DNA of 28,575 nucleotides from Sarea resinae (Eukaryota): NCBI GenBank assembly GCA_026026165.1, contig JAPEUD010000010.1, positions 496,001 to 524,575 of the forward strand, read 5' to 3'. Shown piece by piece: positions 20,175 to 28,575 of this stretch (position 1 is its first letter; each line of letters starts with the position of its first letter). The notes under the pieces were generated by a model. It saw only the letters and a program-made list of their open reading frames with translations, ran no database searches and was not told where the DNA came from. The position numbers and the translations under genes were made by a program.

Positions 20175-23100
20175 ATGTCGCCGTCGCAAGCCGAGCGTTA
20201 TCGATCTTCACCTCCACCGTCGTACATATCCATCCCTACATATCCGCAACAACCCATGGCCGCCGCGGCTCCTCAGTATTTGGCCGACATGGCCAACTTC
20301 CCCACTGCCGCTGCCGCTGCCGCCGTCAATGCCAATGCCAATGCCAATGCCAACGCCGACGGCAGAGCCCCGCCGCCCAGTCACACTCGCACGTACCAAG
20401 GCAGGTTCTTGATCCAAGCTGGACTCATCGTCATGGACCTCTCTGCTGACACGCGCCGCGACAAGCCTGCATCCCATGCCGTCAGCGCAAGGTACGATGC
20501 GATCTAGGCCCCACCGACGATCCCCGCAGTCCGCCATGTGCGCGATGCCGACGCGAAAGCAAGGAATGTTACTTCTCCGCCACGCGACGGAAACGGAAGC
20601 CGGCTGATGGCGGTGAGGGATCGCTCGACGGAGACGAGGAGGATCTGGAGATTCGCAATGGACGGAAGAGGCTGCGAAGCCCGAGCAGTCAGGGCGGTGG
20701 ACCTCCTCCTCCTTCTGCAGGTAGCCGTTTCCACGCTTCCCTTCTGGATAATGCCCCCCGACACTCGCCCACGCTGGCAAGTAGCGAGGCGTCGGTGTCT
20801 GGCTTCTCCGATCAACCATTGACGCCAGGTGGCTCCCTAGGAAGAGCGCAGCCGTTGAGACGGCCGACGTCGGATTCTCAGACCCCAATTCCCCTTCAGC
20901 GACCCTTTGACGGCGACATGACCCAGCCCTCAACCGGAAAAGGTCGGGCTTCTGGTGGAGGTCATCTCACCAATGACACGGCCGTGGAGCTCCTGAAGGG
21001 AGAGGTCTACAGTGGCCACGATGCACTCAATTTACTCTACGAAGCTGCCGGCAGGAGTGGAGACATCAATCATCGACGAACAGGGAGTCAGAGTAGTTTC
21101 CAGGCGTCACCGACTATCACGGGCGATACACCTCGATCGTATGAGACGTCGACCGGTGGTGGTCGTGCACGGGTCACTCAATGGGCGGGAGATTTTAGCA
21201 ACTTCGGCCGGTTCGGTCTTCGGGGGCCGACGCCGATCGATCCGGCTCTGACAGGAATAGCTGCGTCCATGTCGAATGAGGATGATGTTGCCATGCAGAG
21301 TGCGTTGAAGGCGTGGTCCAATTTCCGATTCGTACGGGCGGGCTGGTTCATGGCAAAGGAAGCGATTGCATATGTTGAATAGTGAGCTTGACCACCTGAT
21401 CTTCCTGACGTCCCGTGCTGATGAATCAGTTTCTATACCTATCTGGCGCCCTTGACTCCGATATCACCTCCATCCTTTCGCTCGCCAGCCGACCACGCCC
21501 GGCTGTTGAGCGAGGAGCCCGTCCTGACGATCACGATCCTGACCATCGCCTCTCGACATATGAATCTCTCTGGGCCGGGCGCCATCTCTCGGTCATATAC
21601 GGTTCATGAGAAGCTATGGACGTATCTCCGTGGCATGATTGGGCGTATGTTCTGGGGTCAGGAGCAATTCGGCGGTGGCTTCTGCGGGGCCGGGGCGAGT
21701 GTACTTGATGCACAAGCACAAAATAGCTCGACGCTGTGGAAGGATGTCAGAAAAGGCTCCCTTCGGACTTTGGGTACGGTGGAGAGTCTCATGCTTCTGA
21801 CAGAATGGCACCCACGAGCTTTGCACTTCCCCCCAGGAGACGACGCAGACGAGCTCATCATCAAAGATGATCCCAGTGGGCCTGAGATCGGCCAGGATGC
21901 ATCTGCTGGAACTGCACCTGGAGGTCTAGGCGGTAGAAGGATGGGTAGCTGGCTCGAACCTGCCTGGTGAGTCCCGTGATCAAGATACTAGATTCAAAGC
22001 TGACACGCTTGTAGGAGGAGTGACCGCATGTGCTGGATGCTTTTGGGAAATGCTATGACCCTCAGTTTTGAGTTGGGAGTCTTCGACGACATCGACCAGA
22101 TTTCTCCATCCCCGGATGATCCTGTTCCAAGCGAGTATGATTCGGAATCATATAGAGTTCGGTCATTACGAGTGCAGAAGCTCCTTTTGGTCTATCTCAC
22201 GCAGACTTCTGGCCGACTGGGATGGTGAGCATGCCAGAGGGAGATCTTTTGCATATAAAGCTGACGCGGATATCAGGGCGAGTATGGTGCCTAAGCCTTT
22301 GGACGACTTTGTGTTCTCACAAGGCTCCGGACCGAGAAACAAGAGGATGATGCAAAAGGCTCCAACCGGACAAATACGACATCAAGGATATCAAAAGGAC
22401 AACACGCTTTGGCGAGAGACCACTGAAGAATCAATCCAGCAATGCTGGATTGCAATTACACTTTTGATGAAGCAAGGAAATGAGATGCTCTTTCCGTCAA
22501 GACAACACACCAGAGACATCATCCGAAACGGGCGATATGTCGCTTTGCTAGAATACTTTCAACCGATGCTTAAGGTCTGGTGGACCGACTTTGTCAGGCT
22601 GGACAGTAAGGGTTTCTTTCCAAGTAGATGGAGTCATGCTGAATCCTGCAGTACCAAAATACATGCGACATATCCTGACGATCGAATACGAGTATGCCCG
22701 GGTCTATCTCAATTCTCTCTCCCTGCAGGCGGTTATCGAACGTTTTACAAATAATGTCGGCGACCAAACGAGTATTCAGACAGGACAGCAAAATCCCAGT
22801 GGAGCAGCAAATCAGCCGTGGAACAATCAGCCGAGTGGCAATGCATCCTATGCCAATCTTTTGACTTTGTATCAAGGGAATGAGATATACATCAAGGAGG
22901 TTGTGGACGCGAGCCGGAATCTGCTGAGGACAGTGGTCGACGGATTGCTGCCAGGCGATTACTTGAAGCATTTGCCGGTGCGGACGTATTTCCGGATCGT
23001 CAGCGTGTCGATCATCCTGCTCAAGGTTAGCTTCTTTGTCTCTGTATGACCTTCCACCTCTGACGTACCGTTTCATCTAGACATTTGCTCTTGGGGCCAA

Positions 23101-23971
23101 AGAAGACGAAGTTGCCATCTCTTTGGGACTGATGGACAGCGCGGTCCACGCTCTACGAACGTGCGTAGTCGACGACGTGCATCTCGCCTCCCAGTACGCC
23201 GATCTCCTCGACACGCTCACGCAGAGTCTGCGATCTCGTTTCGTGCGCGTGTCCACGAACACGAGCGGCCGACTCAAAAGTAAAAGCCACAGTCCGTTTC
23301 CCGGAGCCAGTGCCGCTGCCGCTGGAGAAGTACCGAACATGCAGCACCAACAGCACCAACCACACTCACTCCGTCAACATCAAGGTCCGAACTACGACCC
23401 ACACTCGTCTCTTGCAGCCGGTTCTTCTGCTCACACCTCCTATCCCCAACACCAACACCATCAACAACAACAGCAACGCCAACAAAACCCCTACGCACCC
23501 AAATACAACGACACCGCCAACAATGCCAACCTCGTCGGCGTCGGCGGCTTCACTCCCAACCCCCTCGAAGGCATCTCGACCGATCCCATCGACCTCAACG
23601 AGTCTAACCTCTGGTTCATGCCGCCGCCCACGTATGCCTTCGGAGGAGGCGGCGGCGGAGGAGGAAGCTACGACAACGAGTCCTCGCTGGACCCAAACAA
23701 CAGTAACAACGCCTATGTTTCGTCCAACAACAACAACAACAACAATTCGGACGAAAACAACAACTCGGGGGGTTCGTACCCGGATTGGTTGGCGCTGCCG
23801 CTCGACCCGCTGGTCCGCAACGTCAACAGTTTTGCCGGGTCTGGTGGCGGCTTGGGCGTGAGCCAGACGACGTACGGACCCGATGTCGGCGGGCACGATC
23901 TGTTGGAGGTGCTGTTGAGTGAGATGGAGAGCGTGCCTGGGGGTGGTGTTGGTGGTGGTGGTGGTGGTTGA
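20175..23971 (+). CDS. ARO80: Zn(II)2Cys6 transcription factor, ARO80-like; exons 20175-20400, 20466-21381, 21430-21966, 22015-22224, 22277-22605, 22652-23025, 23081-23971
   Basis: Zn cluster [19 protein letters not shown]...[16 protein letters not shown]80-type blocks [114 protein letters not shown] and [10 protein letters not shown]. All six introns are phase-compatible. An alternative ATG lies at 20256. Confidence 0.9.
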
Positions 23972-24249
23972 GAAGAGCAGAAGGAGATCAAGCAGGCGTG
24001 GAGGCATATTTGAAATTTCGAGCACTTTCAATCTCCCGGCTCGGGCTTAGCGTGGCGTTTCTCTTGCCTTCTTTCTTTTTTATCTATCTATGATCCTAGA
24101 GCCCGGCGGGCGGGTACATGGGAGGGACTACTGTTTGTCATACAGGCTGGCGGGCTGGCGGGCTGGTTGCTTGATCTTTGTTCCTGGGGCAGGACGGGGA
24201 AGGAAGGGGGTGGGGTATGGGTATATCAGGTTGGTTTTTCATTTATTGG

Positions 24250-25210
24250 TATCTAGGTAGGTAGGTAGGTCGGCAGACAGGCAGGCAAATATAGAGCTAG
24301 TGATCTAGCTCTTTCGACTCTGCTATCACTCTTCCACTCTATCACATACACACACACACGGGCACACATACACGGGCATCTATACATACATGTACACACA
24401 TACATATGCACACAGGCAAATATATACACACACACACATCTGTAAACATCGATATATCAACTCTACACTCTTTACTTATTGCTGTCGCTCTCAGCGTCGC
24501 TCTCACCGTCGCCATCGCAGTAGCTAGCGCTGTCGCTCTTGCTGTCGCTCTCACTGCCGCCGCAGCTCTAGCTGTAGCTCTAGCTATAGTCAGATAACCT
24601 CTTACCTCTTCCATCCCCTCCTTTTGATAAACTAACCACGTACCTATCTAATCCGTCAATAATACCTCCTTCCCCCCCGCCTAATTGAGAGAGATCAACC
24701 AAGATAACAGAGAAAGACAGAAGGAAGAAAAAAGAGAGAAAAAAGAGAGAAAAGGGTGTTTGCGCCTGTGCCTGTGCCTGTGCCTGTGCTTGTGCCTGTG
24801 CCTGTGCTTGTTTTGTTGTGCTTGTTTTGCTTTGTTTCATTTGTTTGTTTGTTTGTTTGTTAGTTCATTTGCTTGAGTAATCATTTGCCGATTGCTTTGC
24901 TTCCATGCTTGATTTATTGAGTGACTAGCTGATTGACTGATTGAGAGAGTGATTGATTGATTGATTGATTGTTCAGTTGTTTGATCAACTGACGGAGAGA
25001 AGGAAGGGGATCGGGAAACAGGGAGAGAAACAGGGGAACAGTACATACATTTTTTTTTTTTTCAGTCAGGGAATAGAAATGGAAAGAAAGGAGATGAAGG
25101 AGATAGGGAAGAAGGGGGAGGAGATGAAGAAGATGAAGAGCGGGAACAGGAGGAGGGGAAAGAGGATAGATATCCATCGACGCTCTGTTCCGCCCTGCCT
25201 CCCTCCCGCC
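24250..25210. repeat. Microsatellite/minisatellite cluster between convergent genes: (GGTA)n, (CA)n, degenerate 12-mer GCTGTCGCTCTC (~24480-24590), (GCCTGT)n (~24764-24810), (GTTT)n, (GATT)n, poly-T, purine-rich GA tract
   Basis: Read directly from the sequence. Confidence 0.9.
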
Positions 25211-25546
25211 CTCACCTGCCTCCCATGACCGCCTTCGAAAAAAGGACAAAGGGAGTTTTCATTTTTTTGGGGGGCTATTTCAGGGGTGTGTGGTGGACAA
25301 AAATAAGCATTCATATTTTTCGGGGATGTGCTGGACAGAGTTTTTGATGTTTTGATATCCCGCATTTCCCATCCCATTCCATTCCATTCGATTCCATCTG
25401 CTCTGCAAAGACGCCTGCCAACTTCACTATACCCGTATGACATAATGAACCCTCCGTCCCCCCAATCTCTCATCTTCCATTATTACCACACCCCGACACG
25501 GACATTGGCTTGCCCGGTCTCGTGCGCATGCCAATCCGCGTCCGGT

Positions 25547-26524
25547 CTAGTAACCGCCACGTCGGTCATACTCTGGGCCTCGGGAAGGGCCGCCCACGCC
25601 AGGAGGGCCCGAGGGGCCGGAACCGCGCTCGTCGTAATACTGGCAGAGCACCAAGGGTCAGCCAGCGGTCGTAGAGTTAGAGGAAAAAAAAACACATACC
25701 TTCCTCCTCAAGGCCGCCAGGCGCTTCTTCTTCGTGTGCGCATTAATGTACGTGCCGATGACGAAGGCCACCAGGTTGAAAAACGGCACCCAGGTCTGCT
25801 CCGGCAGGAACTTTTGCGCGAACGCCAGCGCGATCGGAGACGTGATCCACGACACTTTCATCACGGGCCAAAGACCGGCGCGGACGGTGGCGCGGACTTG
25901 GTGGAAGGTGCGCGCGCCGGCGATCAGCGCCATGCTGGCCAGGTAGACGGTATTTTGGATAGGGGAGACCTAGAGGGAGTCCGTTGTCAGAAGGGGCATG
26001 GCGGAATGAGAGGAGGGCACACGAACCAGCAGGTTGCTGACGAGGATCTGTAGAATCTTCGCCTTCAGGCTCGTGCGCCCGGAGAACAGGCGCTGCAGGA
26101 TCCCGATCAGGACGTGGCCCAGGGGCGCACTGACAAAGGCGCCGTAGACGGCCATCTTCGGCACGCGCGCTGTAAAGTAGTGGCCCGACTTGCTGCGGTC
26201 GTGCGCGATCCACGAGGCCAGGACCTCTTGGAGGGCCGACAGGGTGCCGGATGTCAGCATCTTGGTGCGGAGGGGGTGCGATTGAAGTTCGTTGAGGTAG
26301 GCCTGTTGGGTCGTCGATTAGATATCTATTTGTTTTGACCTCGACAGCGCTGTCAGTGAGAGAACAAAAACAATGCGTACAGCGAGATAGCCCGGTTGTT
26401 GGGATTTGCCCCCAGTCAGCGCAGTGCCGAGATCGTGAGCCAGGCCATGCTTCTGGGCGCCGCCGGCTTGCACGCCTTGGCTGGCGCTTTCGCGAATCGT
26501 CTCTTTTTCGAACTTGACCGACAT
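25547..26524 (-). CDS. PMP22/Mpv17-family (peroxisomal) integral membrane protein; exons 26524-26381, 26302-26027, 25969-25700, 25639-25547
   Basis: Spliced translation MSVKFEKET...GYLAAYLNELQSHPLRTKMLTSGTLSALQE...KMAVYGAFVSAPLGHVL...ILVSNLLVSPIQNTVYL...VMKVSWITSPIALAFAQKFLPEQTWVPFFNLVAFVIGTYIN...RRKYYDE...GGY*. Three phase-0 GT-AG introns. Confidence 0.92.
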
Positions 26525-27699
26525 TCTGGAGGCGTGTTCGTCAGTGGGACGCGTGAGGTGACCACTGTGGTGAAGGCGGGTCGAAAGGGACGAGCATGCG
26601 ATCGTCGATGGCGGGTGGATGGTGTTGAGGTGAGCTGGGTTGGCTTGAGCGGTGGTCCACGATGAGGAGGAGACGAGGCGTTGATGTTGTGGTCGACGCA
26701 ATAATAGATGGCGGCAGCAGCAGCGGCAAGTGACTGCTGTCCGAGAGCTCCAGCTGTCAATGGATGGATGTCAATGCGGTCGGCAGTCGGTGTTTGTTGT
26801 CCCTCGGAGCAAGCCGCCCGCCGCTTTAAGAGCCGTCAGGTCGTACAGGGAGACAGCAAGTGAATGAGGGGAAAGGGGAGAGATGCCATGAGCAGAGGCA
26901 GCGACAACAACAACAACAAGAACAAGAACAGCAATTGACGAAGTCGATGTCGCTGTCGATGTTGATATCGATGGTGAATGGATTCCATCTCTCCAGCCCG
27001 AGGTGACACGGATCGCCCGTAAAGGGGCAAGTGGGAATGGCATCATTCACGCGTCGCACTCGGCACCATGACTTCCACGTGGAAGGGGAGTCTCCCCTCC
27101 TCCGCCACCCGAGCGGCACGTCTCTTCTCCGCATCGAGAATCGCATCGAGCATTGCGATGAGACTGTGGAGATCAAGAGTCCGATGAGTGTGAGAAGAGT
27201 GATGTTGTGCTTGATGCGCTTTGTGTTCTGATCCATTGATTCACATCCCCCGATCCAGTATCACTGGTCGGTTCTTGTATCGAGTCTGCAGCAGCAGCTT
27301 CAATATCGATCCATCTCCTTTCCCCTTGCGCTACATTTTACCAGTGATTGTTTCATCGTCCTGCACCGTGGTCGATGAACGATCGAAACTCTCCTATTTC
27401 CAACCCATCTGCTTTACTTCTCTCTTCACGCGATCATGGTCTCACTCCTGTAAAGCAAGGGACGACGCGAACGCATCCATGACGCGCGTGCGATCTCTCT
27501 CCTCTTATCCCGTTATCCGCGCATTCCCAGCGGGATGCACAAAACAGCCGGCCCTCATTCCAGACTGACGGGGACCGTATATAACTGCTTTGGCCAACCA
27601 TTGTCGGCGCTTTTCTCTCAGGAAAGAGCTTCGATGTAGACTACCACCACGGCGCTGCATAGTTGCAACTGGCACTCATCCAGCACCCAATTGATCAGC

Positions 27700-28575
27700 A
27701 TGGACCGAATGGTGGCGTGGAGACGGACCAACACCGCCCCTCCATCTCGCTACTTCATCCCCTCTGCCATCGTCATGACAATCATCCTCATCGCCATCAT
27801 CGGCTTCCCCCACGACACGCTGGTGAGGGTACTGCCGTCCTCTTCAGCCATTGGCTTCGCCCACGACGACACACCCAACGCAACCGCCATCGAAAAGCCC
27901 TTTGACACCGACAGCTCCAGTCTATCCCCGTCCACACCCCCCTTGTCCACAATACCATCAAGCATATCTTCCCCACAGCCACCGGCAGCACCAGCAGCAG
28001 AAAAAGACACGCTCATCATATACGCCTACCACGAAACGCCCAACGCGCGAACCAATGTCGAGTTCTTCATCCGACACGGCCTCCACGCGGGCGCCGACTT
28101 CGTCTTCATCGTGAACGGCGAGACGGACCTCGACACGGCGCCGGCGACAGCGGGGCTCCTCTCGCAGCCCAACATTCGCATGGTCAAGCGCGCCAACACC
28201 TGCTTCGACCTGGGCGCCATGGCCGAAGTGCTCGAGGCCGACGACCGCCGGCTGGTGAACGGCTATAAGCGCTTCATCCTTATGAACGCATCCATTCGCG
28301 GGCCGTTCCTGCCCACTTGGTCCAGCGACTGCTGGTCCGATATGTATCTGCGCCCGCTGAGCGATGTGCTCAAGGTAAGTCTCTCTGCCAGGCTCTCTAT
28401 ATAGCCTACCCCACCCTTCCTTCCCCTTGCCCCCGCTCTGATTACCTTACCCCCCCCCAAATTCTCTCCCTCTTCGTCCTTGTGCCCTCAAACCACACAG
28501 CACCTCCGTCTTCAAAATGGCACTGACACTTACGGCACCGGCACCCACAGCTCGTAGGGATGACATTCAACTGCA
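27700..28575 (+). CDS. Uncharacterised type II membrane protein, glycosyltransferase-like (RgpF-like signature); 3' end outside window; exons 27700-28374, 28551->28575
   Basis: N-terminal TM (AIVMTIILIAIIGF) and Ser/Pro stem, then LIIYAYHE..NARTNVEFFIRHGL..ADFVFIVNG...KRANTCFDLGA...YKRFILMNASIRGPFLPTW. Intron 28375-28550 (GTAAGT...CTGAC...CAG) continues into KLVGMTFNC. Confidence 0.8.

Noticed and set aside
24580..24876. ORFs encoding QAQAQA / CLCLCL runs
   Set aside because: Translations of the (GCCTGT)n microsatellite.
25328..26053. 241-aa plus-strand ORF, plus long antisense ORFs at 17268-17903, 20208-20933 and 23366-24031
   Set aside because: Antisense shadows of GC-rich real genes (PMP22-like, T5orf172-B, ARO80).

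Overview
Genomic DNA of a filamentous ascomycete, judged from short GT-AG introns with CTRAC/CTAAY branch sites and many microsatellites. Conserved genes flank the window. On the left are an MFS hexose transporter (5'-truncated), DCN1 (5 exons, with an unusually long 882-nt intron 2) and a PLAC8-family gene. On the right are an ARO80-like Zn2Cys6 transcription factor (7 exons, first intron GC-AG), a PMP22/Mpv17-family membrane protein and a 3'-truncated glycosyltransferase-like type II membrane protein. Between them (~9.4-19.3 kb) is an accessory-looking block. Two divergent T5orf172/MUG113 (GIY-YIG-like) nuclease-domain genes bracket an AT/TpA-rich tract and a convergent pair of small, damaged nucleotidyltransferase-like genes. 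One of these is AbiEii-like with a 219-bp internal tandem duplication; the other has a single premature TAG. This nuclease + NTase block is the best candidate for an undescribed fungal conflict/defence-type locus. All family calls are by motif recognition; no database searches were run.
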